Positions 1-13,800 of a DNA stretch of 64,000 bases are shown here, piece after piece. Every line of letters begins with the position of its first letter. Position 1 is the first letter of the stretch. Below the pieces are notes generated by a model. That model had not been told where the DNA came from. It did no database searches and worked only from the letters and a program-made list of their open reading frames with translations. The DNA is from Klebsormidium nitens. Lineage: Eukaryota > Plantae > Klebsormidiophyceae. The stretch is from assembly GCA_000708835.1 (NCBI GenBank), contig DF237018.1:124001-188000 (forward strand), in the 5' to 3' direction. A program made the translations under genes and the position numbers.

Positions 1-186
1 GAGGGGGTTTCCTTCGTCCAGCGTGCCACGCAGGATAGTGAATCTGACAGTGTCCGCAATAGGAATGTTGCAACGCTCCGCTTGCTCTGCGCTGTCAACC
101 GATTTCATCATCACTTTCAGAATATGAGTAAACCCTGTCCACAAATCTAGGCACCAGAGCGAGCTCGACAGATTTGACACCATCAT
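1..186 (-). CDS. Possible 5' part of an unidentified gene running off the window start
   Basis: A minus-strand frame from ATG ATG (186/183) reads MMVSNLSSSLWCLDLWTGFTHILKVMMKSVDSAEQAERC... with no stop to position 1. No recognisable homology. Confidence 0.2.
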   Translation of the reverse strand, partial: MMVSNLSSSLWCLDLWTGFTHILKVMMKSVDSAEQAERCNIPIADTVRFTILRGTLDEGNPL

Positions 187-570
187 TCGCCTGCGACTCA
201 GCGGCCCTTTCCTAGAGCCAGCGGCCAGCTCCTTTCCTGATCTGAAGAAGGGAATGGTCAACCATGTAGTAGTGCACTGTGCAGCATTCCCTTGCACAAT
301 CATGCAATCATGACATGGCTCAGGGTGGGGGATCATCCTAGAAATTGGAGAAGCCGCGCGCGCCCCAGGCAGCATAAGCCTGAACTTGAAGCCTCTAAGT
401 CGCGTGCCAGGCCGCTAGCCGGCCGCGCTAGTCACGCCCGCGCGCCTCTGAAGAGAATTCTTGGTCATGACAGTGCATGGTGGTCAAGCTAAGTTAGAGA
501 GCGGCTAGATCTGCGCCCTTTTAGTCTGTGCAGCGCACACTGACAGCGAGGCTTTGCAGAAGTGAACACG

Positions 571-2442
571 ATGGTTTCCACCGGCGTCGTGAAGCCTCTG
601 CAGCCAAGGATCCTGCCGAAAAGTTTCTCACAGCTCGGTTCGAAGGAAATGGGAGAGCGGTTGACTGAGGAGAGGGCTGTAGAAGTAGACCTGCGCAAGC
701 CAGAAAGCAGTGCAGCCTTCTCAAAGAAGTGCAGTCCAGTGACACTGAGGCAAGGTCGTTTGCATTGTTTAGATTGAGAGCAGGTTTGAACAGCATGGTG
801 CCCACCAAGGGGCGAGCACTCAGCGCGGGGCTCGCAGCTTATGTGTTGGAACAGGGCGTGCTGGATGCAGTCAGGAAGATTCTGAAAGCAGCGCAGACAG
901 AAGGCGACTTTTACGTACTCCCCAAGATCAGGAGTCAGGATGAACTGAATCGTACAAAATACTTTGTGGTCTCAAAAGTGGACATCTGCTTTGGGTTGCT
1001 TCATGTCCTCATCTTGGACACTCGAACGGCACGTTTCGTCCTGAAGGGCATCCCTGACCTCATTCGGTTTCTTGAAGGAGCCTACTATTCCTTGCCAGCG
1101 GTCTCTCCCGTCAGAGACTCAGATTTCGTGCTGGGGTCTGCTTACCTGGAGGGCGTAAGGGATGACGACAGGTTGTCCAGTCTTGAAGTGCTGGTTTCCC
1201 TGGCTAGCTATTCTGATCGAGCTAAGGAAAATCTATGCAGTCGGAAGGTCCTTCTTCATCGGATTCTGCGGGACTGCATGACTGAGAGAGATTTTTTCAG
1301 CCGAGTACTGGAATGCACTCTTCACTGCTTCAGCAACCTTTCTACCACGTGCGATCTCTCAGAGTACCTGAGTGAAATCATTGGGGTCGTGTTGAAGACT
1401 CTGGCGGAGACTCAGACCGCAGGGCTGATCTTCATGGCAATCCATCTTTTTGCTTCAATAGTGCAGCACGGTCAAGTAGAGGCAGTAGTATGTAAGCTTC
1501 ATGAACTCGCAGGCAGTGGAAGAGTAGAGCACCTCTTCCCGGCCCTCTTCGCATTAGCAGCCTGCCCGGCTCTTGACGGGAAGACCAAGCTTCAAGTCTC
1601 TACATTGCTGGGCTCTCTGAATAAGCACTTCAATAGGACAATTCTCGAGGAGCGGCCAACCGAGCCTTTGACACCGACACAGCAAGAGAAGTTGGAGAAG
1701 CTGGTACGCTCGTTACCTGGCGCGATGGTGAGAAGGGAACAGCTGCGTGAAATTTTTGCAGCTCACGAGAGCGAAACGTCCTCACAGGAAGCTGCATCTC
1801 CGAGTTCTGGAACTCAAAGTAGTCTCTTTCAGAAAACCATTGACACTCCGCTTGACTCCGTTCCGGACAAGGCCCATGTGTCATACATACCAGCGGGGGA
1901 CCTCGATGCACACAATAGGCCCTGCAGAAAGTGTTCTCGCGCAAGCTGCTCAAATGTGGAGTCAACTTCATGCGAGTTCAAGGTGTGCAGTGGGTGCCGT
2001 CTGACGATCTATTGCTCCAGAGGTAAGACTTTTGAGCTCGTGCTAAGAACCTAGAGGGACTTTACGAGCTAACATTGAAAACGCAAGCGTAGTCTGATTC
2101 AATTGCAAGCCCTTAAAAAGAGTTGCTTTGTGCTCCTAGCCCCCAAACTGCACTAGGATGAACACGGGAGGAACAGTCTCTCTGACCGTCAATTCTGAGC
2201 CACTCTCTTGACTAGGTTTCCCTAAGAAATGCCGAGGATGAGGAAACAGGATCAGTCTGAACGTGTGAACATCTTTGGAGGGCTTCTGGAAGGTACCCAT
2301 ACCGGAGGGGAAGAGAATCTGAATGGTTGTCCCCTTTATTGCAGAGTGCCAGAAGATTGCCTAGAAGGAAGGCCACAAGTCGCGCTGCCGAGCAGGCGCG
2401 GGCGAAAAGCGCCCGAAAGCTGAGGAGGAGGTCTCAAAGTAA
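571..2442 (+). pseudogene. MYND zinc-finger protein paralog 1, disrupted
   Basis: Collinear with paralogs 2 and 3. ATG 571 (MVSTGVVKPLQPRILPKSF) shifts frame at 715-719, where 5 nt replace the 15 nt coding WFGNI in paralog 3. Intron 2023-2344. The last exon reads ECQKIA*KEGHKSRC with TAG at 2362-2364 where both paralogs have TGG. Ancestral stop TAA 2440-2442. Confidence 0.85.
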
Positions 2443-4365
2443 TGTCAGAAGGTACAGCCGTTCTTGACTCTGCTCATGGCCCGATCAGGAGACGTTAGCT
2501 CATCAACGACTTGTATTGTCTTGCAAAAGGTTTCTTGCTGAGACACGAGTGAGTGAATGGGGCACTGACAACAGTATCCAAGCATTTGATTTACAAGTAT
2601 CCAACTTTTAGGATCATTCCGATGGGTTTTATTCCTTTTGTCGCAGGTTTCATGCAGCCAACATTTTCCAACACAGATAGTCCGTTCGTGAGGTTTAGGA
2701 GCCTCCGCGGGGCAGCCATTTGTCTCTTAGAATGTTGTTCATATTATTGATATAGCTGGATAATATGAACGGACTCTGGTACATGCAACTGATTGCTGCG
2801 TTTATAAACCACCCTAAGCAGTTTTGCGGCACAGATTGATGAAGGCTGAATGTCCCTAAGTTAGCCTAGCGATCTGACGCCTTTATTGAAGTCCATGTTC
2901 TTCCATGAGTTGTTGTATCGCCGTCATATATTATTTCAATCTGGCGCCTCAATTTGGCTGTAGAAGTCACGGATCATATCGTTTTCAATCTTTCACACAA
3001 GTCGAATGCAACTTTGAATCTACATGATGCACCTTGCACCGAAGCGCTCAAGCGGCTTGTCTGGCGGGCCGGTGCAGCCTGCAAATGCCAAGGAACGCAT
3101 GCTCTTTGAGGGAAAGTAGTAAGCCCTCGTTCGTTCACCATGAAGTGACCGGAGAGAGCTTGCATCTAATTTTAATTAGGCCTGCACACGTGATCTAAAA
3201 GACTCATTGACCGCGCCTGACACTGTGGCCCCGGAAGCGCATGTTCTGAAGCTACATGGTAAACCTAGGTAGCGCTGCCACATCCTTGCATGACTGATTG
3301 CATGGGTGGTTCTCGAACACTTAAATCCCTACCATGCATTCCTTCGCGGCTATGATCCGATCAACAAGGAAACAATTTCGTGAAGCGCACCGCGCACTCA
3401 GCTTCTCGTATAGCGCAAGAGCTTCAAGACACGCATGCATGTACAACTTCATGTGCCACAGGATCGAAGTAAACATTTGCAAAACTCAAACTCAATCCAT
3501 TTTGCCAACGCGGTCTTGATTCAGTGCTACTGTAGTGCAATGTGCAAGCAGAAAATCTCACTTGATTGGCGGACATTCATGCAAGGCGTACGCATCAGTG
3601 CGTCACTATTGGAATTGAACGTACACCCGCCTTGGGGCCACAACACCTGATCTACTTCATTTTAACTTCACTGTTGTAAATACATTCAGACCTTAAGGTT
3701 GCGCAAGAAAGGCCGTCTGAGTACGCCACCGGGACGCGTGAGCGCTGATTCGGTACAAGCAGGTACAAGGCTGGACGGTATGTGCGGAGCCAGGGCTTCA
3801 AGTTCCTGAGCCACGTGGCCGAGTCGAAGGGGGGTCGAAGTCATCATCGTCAACAGCTGGCAAGCTGGATCCGGAAAGTTAAATAGAGTCCGGAAGGGAG
3901 GAGATCTTGCGCAAAGTTGTGGAGGCTTGAGAGCGCCTCGATCTTTGTCAGCGCGAAGAACCATGTGAACTTCACGATCGAGCAAAAAGCTTGCACCATC
4001 TGGCATTTGAAGCGGTGCATAGCCAAGATTCTCCGTAGATGTGCTTGAGACCTGCGCTGCAGAGGCAGCAGAGGCGCCCCACTTCGGACGGCCTTGTCAA
4101 ACAACTGGTAAAGAGTACCGATTGTAAGTTTTGATAGAGCTGAGTCTTGACAGAGCTGGTGTTCGCAGCGGCGGCACAGATCCAAAGAAATGAGGACAAG
4201 GAGGTGCGCGTGCCATCAGAAGCTTGACAGCATTCATTCGTAGTAAACGCATGATGGGGTCCAAAGCCGCTGAAGTGCGGATTGCACAAGGTCACGCTGA
4301 TGCCGTGAAACCCCCTGCAGCCCAGGTTCCTGCCTCACACTTTCTCCAAGCTAACCTTAAGAGAG

Positions 4366-6132
4366 ATGGCGCAGCGGCTCACGGAGGAGGGGCCTGTGGA
4401 ACTGGACCTGCACAAACCGGAGAGCAGTGCATGGCTCAAGAACATTCTTAAACAAGCGCGAAATAAAGATTTTGAGACACGATGCTTCGCTCTGTCTAGG
4501 TTCCGTGCAGTCTTGAACAGCATGGTGATCAACAAAGGACATGCACTTTGCGCTGGTTTCGCAGCGTACGTGCTGGAGGAAGGCATCCTCGAAGAAGTCA
4601 TCAGGAATCTAAGAGCAGCTCAATCAGAAGGCGACTTCTACGTCTTCCCGAAGATCGAGTTCCGGGACCTTATGATCAATCAAAGATCTTTTACGCTCTC
4701 GAAAGTGGAGATCTGCTTCAGACTGTTGCATGTGCTGATCCTAGACACTCGAACTGCGCGCTTTGTCCTTAAGGCCATACCCAACTTGCTTTCCATCCTC
4801 GAAGGAGCTTACTTCTCGTTATCATTACGTTTCTCACACGAAGGGTTGGAATTACCTGACAACACGGCGGAGTTGGAGCTACTCAGAGAAGGCGTCAAAG
4901 CTTCTAGCCTCTCGGTGCTTGTTTCTCTGGTGAACTGTACCGAGAAATGCAGGGACAAGATAAGCAGCAGAAAGGTCTTTCTTCAGCACATCCTAAGAGA
5001 CAGCGTCGCGGACACGGAGTTCTCGGGACGAATCATTGAATGTGCAATTCCCTTTTTCAACGACCTCTCCTCTTCGTGCGATCTTTCCCAGTTCCTCGAC
5101 GAGACTATCAGGCTTACTCTAAAAGGTCTGACCGTGCTTGACAGCGCTACTCTGCTGAAAATGACCGTCAGCCTTATTGGCAAAGCAATGAAGGAACACA
5201 TCAATGAAGTGATTGAGAAGCTGTACGAACTCAGAGCGAACGGGAGAGTGAAGCACGAAGTGCCGGCACTGTTGGGAGTAGCATCTTGCCCTGACCTCGA
5301 CGAAACAACAAGAGCGCTCGTTTACATGCTTCTGGCCAATCTGAACGAGCAGTTTGAGATGATTTTCGACCAGACTCGTCCATTTTCTCTAACGCCAGCG
5401 CAAGAAGAGAAGCTAGAGAAGTTGGTAGCTGCCTATCCTCAAGCAGTGGCCAGGAGAGAGCAACTGAGCAGAGTTTTGCGGGCAGCGGAAATCCAGTCTG
5501 CGGGAGAGCATGGAATGAAGTCAACGCCCGGCACTCCAGCTACGATTTTCCAGGCGGCCTCTAAGAGTCTACTCGAGTACGTTCGAGACAAGGCATACTT
5601 TCCAGGGGTACCAGCTACGGATCCTAAGGCACGGAAGAAACCCTGCAGAAAGTGCTCCCGCTCAAGTTGCTCTCGTGTGGAGTCTGCCCCGTGCGAATTC
5701 AAGGTCTGCAGCGGGTGTCGTCTCGCGGTCTACTGCTCCAAAGGTGAGACTTGGTTTCTTCGAGCCCTTCGTCTGATGAGAACTCAGCTGAGGACATGAA
5801 GCGGTCTGAAGAGGCTCAATCTTCCGAGGTTAATGTGCTGTCTGAATCCTTTGATGTGTCTTCGTGACGTAACATGTGTGCATCTTGCCTTCCAGTCCGG
5901 ATGGCTCTGACAACTAGAACTGATTGTTCTGAGAAGGTTCAGTCGAGACTCCAGATCTGACCTCTGAGGCGGCCTGAAATCTCTTTTCTCAAGAGGTGAC
6001 TAGTCTCGATCGTTTGCCATGATCATCTCTACAGATTGCCAAAAGCTTGCCTGGAAAGAAGGACACAACCTCCGTTGCCAAGCCGGATCAGATGAACAGC
6101 GGCCCGAGGCGCAGAAGAAGTCTTTTAAGTGA
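4366..6132 (+). CDS. Helical N-terminal domain + C-terminal MYND zinc-finger protein, paralog 2 (exons 4366-5753, 6035-6132)
   Basis: Long ORF, donor AAAG|gtgaga, acceptor ctacag|ATTGC. Spliced C-terminus CSGCRLAVYCSKDCQKLAWKEGHNLRC is a MYND pattern. The homologous 5' segment (4251-4310) is out of frame. Confidence 0.8.
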
Positions 6133-7831
6133 GGAACTACAGCTGGATGGATTTCTTAGATCTCAACGCTTCTGCTTTCCTGCTCCAAAGGATTGGATGT
6201 TGTTGGCTACATGGAAGCAATAACAAAGTTATCACCACAATATCCAACTCGCTTTCTTTACTCGACTTTCCCCGTATTTCTCGTCTCGTAAGCAGAAGGC
6301 GGATGCGGAATGGGCACTGATGCACGCCACTGCTTTACATCACTCGTCTTCTCCGATTGGATTGGGTAGGTCGAGCAGCGCATGTGTGCTCAATGCATTT
6401 AGAATGCTAACTTAATGTTCCGAAGTTCCAAATCAACTGCAAATACTATGTCTACGTACATGTTTGCATGAAGCAATGATAACTCAGAAGCCGGGCATGC
6501 GCGAAGTTGATCCGATCGCGGCTCAGTGCCAGGCAACATATCAAATGGATCGAAATTGTGACGTACGTTTAGGCCAGGCTCTGTTCTCATGTGGTCCATG
6601 CAACCAATCATAGAAGATATGATATGCTAGCTCATGCGCCGTACCGGGCTACAGAACGAGTTACCTACGTGTCTCTGCTTGAAGCCTGAATGATACTGTT
6701 GCCGAGCTTAGACCATGAGCAGATTGGATTGAATGTATCATGGTGGCGTCAAGGGCCGTTATGGAAAAGCGGCCTGCAACGTATACCGTAGGGCACAGAT
6801 CATTGCTTATAAGTCAATGCGTTGGTATATGTGTGCATGCCGCCACATCTTAGATGGCAAGTCCGACAGGGAATCGGTCATAGACCACGTCGTTTCAGTC
6901 AGTTTTTCTGCGAATCTGAAGTGGACTGTGCACAGTTACATCCTCGCTTGCGAAGGCCAGCATATGCTCATACCTCGGCAATGCTCTGTTATTGAAGCCA
7001 CACTGAGTAACGGCCGCTCCACTCCTCAGTGGCACCGCCGCGGGCTTAAGTCAGTGACAGTGTTCACGGTTCTATTCGAGCTGGCCGGTCGAACATGGAC
7101 CGTATCTCGGCAGGCTGCTCATTACATGCAGTCTAGTCACTCAATTGCGTCCCTCGCCTGATCTGTTTGGCCCCTGAGTGGATCTTGTTTGGCAACGAAC
7201 GAGTCTGTTATCGACCAAGGGCGGAAAGTCAAAGCCGCCGTATTTTGTATTCTGTCACACTGGGTGGTCCTGAACACTTGGATTTACAACAGCGAGCGAA
7301 AGTTGACGTCCCAGTATGAGACACGGCAAACCTCTTGTTACGTCCTCGGATGTAGTTGCAAAGCAGAGCTGATGCTTTTGGCAGATTTACCGTTTTCGTT
7401 TTGCCGGGGCTCGGGGTTTGGGCGGGGGCATGTCGCTGTCGTCACGGCGTGGGGCCGCCTTTGCAGCTGCCTTTTGTCTCCTGATCTGAAACGAATTGCA
7501 GTGAAAGATCAGTTTCCTGTTCACGAAGGTGCTCGACGCTTCAAAAGGGCAGCCGACCTACAGAATCCATCTTTTCATGCTGATACGAAAAGCGTAGACG
7601 CTGTCATGCCAGCGTCTGCATGACAGCGGTAGCACTTCACGGGTGCCGTTGATGAAGAGCCATACGGTAAAACGACGAAGCAGGTATTTGCCTGCTTCGT
7701 GATCACCAGAGGAAGCGGTCTCCCTACTCCCTTACAGACCAAAACACGCAGACGCAACCACGCTTCAGCTACAAACACATGCATTGCTCATCCGCGCTAA
7801 CGAGCAAAAACTAAACCCATAATGCACAATA

Positions 7832-10800
7832 TCAGCACGCAGTGCGTGAATTGCGGTTCGACCGTCCATCCCTCACCTTTTCAGCGTTGAACAAGTCGTC
7901 TGCGGCCGCCGCTGCGACCGTCTTCGCCTTCTCTTCGCGCACGAAATCTTCCACTTCGCGGTTGCGAAACTCGTTGGACTCCCTGCCAAGCGGGAACAAC
8001 TTTTTCAGGTAAAGGGTCTGAGGCCTACCGAAAGCGTTCCACAACCGCAATGTTTGGCGACTCCAATGCTCTGCAAGCACCTGGTCAATCGCTTTCAACC
8101 TTACCACAGGGTCCGTCCCAGTGCCCAGTGGAAGCCGAAACGCAACACGGAAATACGCTTTTTTCCAATCAAAGGCAAGCGGTTGTCCACACTACTAACC
8201 GTCAAGCCGACCCGCGATTTGATTCTAAGCTGAATTGCCCTGACGGCCCTTACAGAACGGGCATCACATTCACTCGCCAAAATGGACCCTCAGCAATACC
8301 CGTGAACAAGGTTCTGTGCGACTTGTGCTCCTGAGAGCGCGCAACATCTGTTCAAGGTGAGCTTCCCTGTGGACCCTGGGACAGCTTTTCAACCTCATAT
8401 ATCCGAGTTCCAAGTATTTTCGCTGCCGGCAAAAAGATACCCCTGCTTCTCCCCGAGCCACCTGCCTACGGGGGTCGCCGAGACCTGCACCCCCATCAAA
8501 CGGACACTGCACTGAACAAAAGCCAACCTCTTTACGCGGAGCATTGAGAAAGGCGGTACTAGTCAAGTTTCCACACCATGAAGCCGTGAACCGGCCAGCT
8601 TACTTGTAGGGCTCCTTGGCGTAGGGTATCAATGTCTCGAAGCTGTTCCCCGCGCCCCCGATCGGAAGGACCTGTCGTTCAGGCGCCACGTGTCAAACCC
8701 TTAAAGCGCAGACAATCAGGACTGGTGTCACCATGAATCCACTGAGTTCCGGCCATTCCGTCCGATCCGTTGCGGGCGGAGGCAGCAGCTCGGCAGAAAA
8801 ATGGACCAGAGGGCGGAGTAGAGTGCCGAGAACTGACTTCAACGCAATATTCTGCAGGGCCCCGTATCGGCGGCAGTCGAGGGTGGGGAAAGGATGGAAG
8901 CAGATGTAAACAAAGGTTTCTGCAGGCTACGCAACGGTACAGTAACAGAAACCCAGGAAGGACAAACCAAGTGGTGCTTATGCTTGTGCTTCTTCTGGGA
9001 GCGGCGCACCTTCCTGAACCGCTTGAAATTGGGCCCCGTTCCGTCCCACTGCGAACTCGCTCCTATGCCGTACACAGGCTGCGGCCGGTTGAGGTCCACC
9101 TTGACAAGGCCCGGCTCGAAGAGAATCTCCGCTTTTGAGTCTGCGCCGGATCCCTCGCGGTCGCCAGCTGGCGTCGCGCCGTTGGCTTGCGTCGCGCGGC
9201 TGGGGGATTCCGCCGGAGTTGACGGGGTGGCAACGGAACGGCGAGGGGGAAGCACAACGGGAGGCCTGCACCGAAGAAAAGAGCAAGGATTGAGGGTTCG
9301 CATGCAGTGGTATATTTGAGAAACTGAAGTCTCAAAGACCTGCCTGGGTCAGCAAAACAAAGAATCTGGGCCCAATCTCTCCTGGAAAAAGTGCTGGAAA
9401 GCAGGTATGGACGGTAAACGCGGAAGATGCCATACATACAACTTGAGGATGAGCCGTTGACAGGCAAAGTGGTCGCGAGACCCCGCTGTGCTGAGGCCAT
9501 GCGGAACACAAGCCAGGACAAGATACCTGTAACGATTCACGATCCGTAGTAGGTTCGGCCCCCACGCGCAGGGCAAGACCACAGATCCGACGCTTGTCCA
9601 TACTTATCCTCCCTCCTCGAATCTCCTTTTCAAAAAGCGCACTAGCCCGACCCAGGCAGGGTAAGTGCTGCTGTAATCGTCAAGGCGGCCAGGAAACAAG
9701 CTGAAAATCCTACCTGGGCGGTGGTTTTTGCGCTTGCGACGTGCGTATGTGCGGTGTGGAGTTCCAGCCGTCTCCTGGGGCGGTCGACGGCCCCGCCACC
9801 TCCTCCCCGGCCTCTGCCATCTCGTCGTCCGTTGTCACGTCCGTTCCTTTGCTGCCCTCGGACGCTGCGCAGGGGTTACAGGTGTCACAACTCTAGGACA
9901 TTGTTCTTTCTATCAGAGCGGCTGACGCAAATCTAATGAAGGAGAAGCAGGAAAACAGCTCACTAGAGTTGGCAGGTCTCATAAGCAGGCGAAACGAAGA
10001 CTGAAGGCCAAAGAAGCATACTCTACAGCTTTCAAGTCAGGACTTCGACGGGAAAAGCGGAAGCTTGCATACATTGACGAAACAGCCACGCTTGCGGCTC
10101 GCCACGTGCAATTTTTTGGTGCTCAGTTGCAACCGTCAAAATCTCTCTCAAGTTTGAGGCAACAATCTGAACGAGCAGCAATGTCCACGGCGGCTGTCTC
10201 ACCAGCAGGCTGTGGTACAGTGACGTCAGCCAGTGCCAGCTGTCCCGTCAGGATCGCAAGCATGAGTTTTTGCTCCGTCGCCTGCTGACACTTCTCTGCG
10301 TCCGCCGGATCCTCGTCCCCTGCCGCAGCTTTGCTGGCCTTGACGTATAAGCGTTGCTGCAGATGAGAGTATGGAGGATAGCGTATGGTAAGACATTCTG
10401 CTCGTCCCAGAATCAAACACGAGGAGTCTGCTTTCGCACGCTCACACAAACCGAAACTTGCTCGCACGTAGAGATGCAACGACTGAGCGGGACGAGTTGC
10501 GCATTAGATCCAAAGACTACGCTCAATCCTTCTGGGTTCGCAACCGGCTCCAAAAGCGGGGTAGGTCAAGCTGGCGGCGTCACCAAAGCTCGACGCTCAC
10601 CACTCGACTCAGTCAGCGTCGTCCGTGGTTTTCGATTCTTTCGACCCAGTTCAGACAGAAGTGCGCCTGCTGTGCCCATTCGAAATTCCAACAAGGAAAT
10701 GATTCCAATCTGGTCCACGAATCACACCAGGCCCTACTGTACTTACTCGGTGTTTCTTCTCGGACGGCAGAGCTGTCTCCTCGAGCTGCCCGCCAGCTGC

Positions 10801-13800
10801 GGAGATCATATCCCGAAGGTGCGGGTCATACTGCGATGGCGAGAGTGGAAAAAGGTGAGCGTATCTCCAAAGATATATCGATGTCTAGTACCACAAAGAA
10901 GTCTAGTACCACAAAATCAACCACAACGGCACGACTCGCACCCTCCTCTTCTGCAACAATGTCAAGACCTTTCGGCCTGCCGTTCAAGGAAATCAGGAGG
11001 TTTCGCATTTTAGAAATCAGCAATCAGCAATGACTGCTACTCGCGCTTTGCTTCACCTTGTACGACACTCTAAATCCGGAAGCTGCTCTGCATAACACCT
11101 TGCTCACATTGAGGAAGCACCGCTTGATTACTCCGTGACAAAACTCTTCACGGTTGGCTATGTCAATCCTGCATGGTCTCCCCGCAGATAGAAAAGGGAG
11201 TCGCAGAGAGTCCACTGTTCTTTGCAATAGACTGCGGGGTTCCGCTGATCGAGTACTTGAACAGCTCACCGGTGCGGTTGCGGCAAGCAGTACCACAAAG
11301 CCGCTCAAAAGGCCTCGCCGCGCCTCAGGAAGGGCGACTTGGTGCGAGGCTGGGGGTGCTCTTGCGCGAGCGACTGTGAAAGTTGGTAAAAAGCTGCGCG
11401 CGCGAGAATTATGTGCTCGGTGAATTGGGGCCCGACAAGTGTTCGAATGTACTCGATTTCGAAGGTGCGAAAATCGCCTGATAGGGGATATGCGAGCTGT
11501 TGGGCAGGGAGACAGATGCAGTCAATCGCGTAAGGCGCGAGCATTAAGGAGCGAGCTGTTCAGTGTCCGGTTTAATATTCACTTCAAGATCTGCCTTTTC
11601 TGATTGTGCTTCAAGATTCTCATTGTCGTAGGACGCTGCTAGGATATCTACGACCAACAACTTTAAGCTGCCCTGGCTGGAAGGCCAAGGTATTCAGAAC
11701 GACGGGAATTAGCAAGTGATTTTCGTGCAAGTTCGGAATGTTGTTCGCACAGTGAAGTGGGCCCTCTTAAAGTGTTCGGTCCTTTTCATCCTCAACCAAA
11801 CAACCAATATCAAAGGTTGAGTCCAAGTCCTACTCAAAAGCGGCGCTTCCTCTCCTATTCGGACAGTTCGCCAACCAGGAAAATTGAGCAGGTGAAGCAG
11901 CTGAAGCAACAAACGGAAACACACGTAAAGGTCTCCCTGACAAAGGGACACCAGATCGTCCTGACCTCTAAGGAACTTCGGCTCACCTGGACGGGTCTGG
12001 TACGGGTTTCGAAGGAGTCTCCCGGGCAGCAAACGCCTGTATCCATTCTAGCGTCACAACAGGCTTGCCGGCGCCAACCGCCTCGTAGAACAGGGGGGAG
12101 AGAGCGGTGCCGTCTTCCGCCAACAGGTGAGTACACTGAGGGCTCCAAGTGTCGACCAGAAACGCCCCTGAAAACAAATCAGAACAGTGGATTTCAGGAT
12201 TGTTGTCGACCAGAACAGCTCAGGTCGACAGGATCCTTATTTCTGGTTCACAAACAGGCTGTCACACGTCTGCTCCAAAGCTCTGACTAAGGGGTGTCCA
12301 GAGGGAAAAAGCATCAGACACAGCCTGCGTGCTTCGATTGCAAGAGCACACAAATATCTCATACCCCATTGCTTACTGAGCTACGCGTCCGGCATGCCTC
12401 AAACACCCTAAACGAGTAGCTATTACACAAGGTAACTCTCTGCAAGCTGAAGAGTCCTGTCGAAGAGAAGGCAGCCTCACCAATCTGCTTGGCTGCCCTC
12501 TCCACAATCTGCGCCTTGGATGTGCTCAGTCCGCAGGGAAGGCACAACACTAGCGGGATGAAGGTCAACCTGCCAAAAGATGAATGGTTCAGAATCGACA
12601 GAAAGGGCCGTTTTGCTGTATCACAAGTTCTACCTGAGCTCCAGCTTGACACAGGGGTGTACAACTTGTTTGAATGCTCTTCAGGAAGGATCTGCTAGTG
12701 GAGGCTTCTTGAAGTGAAAGCAGTTCCGAAATTGCAAGACGGTTGAAACTCTTCGTCAAGCCCTGGCACTGAGAAGCAGCGGTGCATACCTGAAGGAACA
12801 GTGGGTCGAGCCAAACGTGACGATGTCGCCATCCTTGAGGTGCGCTTCAGCGTCCGGCAGGTCCTTGATTGGGTGTGACTCGTGCTGCTTGTTGATGAAG
12901 GTCCCAAACTTGGACAAGTCCTTGATCTTAATAAAAGGCCTGGGAATCGCACCCTCCGGTGACAGGACAGTGGGAGAAGGGCCGACGATGATGTCAGCGT
13001 GCAAGCGCGAGACGGTCTTGTCGGTGTTGATGGTCACGGTGCAGTCTGCACAGATAGAAGAGACTGGTTGAGTTTGATACGAAATTCACAGCATTTTGTC
13101 CTAGACGTTTTGAGAAAGCTGATCTTCAAGCGTAAGTAATTGGTGAATCCCAGTTCCTTACCAAGGGCCAGAAGAGAAGCCACAAGAGAACGTATGGTTC
13201 AGAGTCCATGACAAGTGAGACAGCAGATTGTCTCCAAAAAAGGGCCCCTTGCCTTGAGAGCCAGCTTGAGCCTCAAAGAAAGCCCTTTGGTACCTCTATC
13301 CCATGCTTCCAGGACTTGAACCTGTGCTGCTTTAGGTTAATCAACACCAAAGTCCCAGACAGCTTCAGATATCTGAACAAACGGCAGCAGTAGACTTCCT
13401 GACTTTATGCGGCTGAGGGTTTCTGTTCAATTGAACAATCAAGATGCCTATCCAGAACCAAGCCAACACGATGCACGGCAGGTTTGCCACCAACACAAAT
13501 CAGCAGGAGGCACTTCCAAAAAAGATGGCTTCGCCAGTTGGTTGCTGTGTTCAGTCTCGTTCAGTTTCTACAAGACAGTGTCAGGCGCTGTGCTTCATAC
13601 CCAGCTAGCTATCATGAGCCCTCAGTATGCTGGGAAGGTTCTGCCTCTCACCTTTTCTCCCCACCTTATACTCCCCCGGCGCTGTGAAATGATATGTGAT
13701 AGGGACAGGTGCTGCAAGGCAAAACGTTTTTGCTTTGACAGGCGCAAACAGTTGCTCTAGTCTTTTAACAAACAGAAAACAAGCTTATGCAGCATCTGGC

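Noticed and set aside
3686-4295. Overlapping minus-strand ORFs of about 110 aa between MYND1 and MYND2
   Set aside because: Somewhat coding-like, but no family could be assigned and there is no clear start or splice context.
6733-7623. Two plus-strand ORFs of about 140 aa between MYND2 and NBS1
   Set aside because: No recognisable domain or convincing exon structure; probably UTR or intergenic sequence.
10354-11033. Plus-strand ORFs of 219 and 191 aa
   Set aside because: They are antisense to NBS1 and show no recognisable motif.
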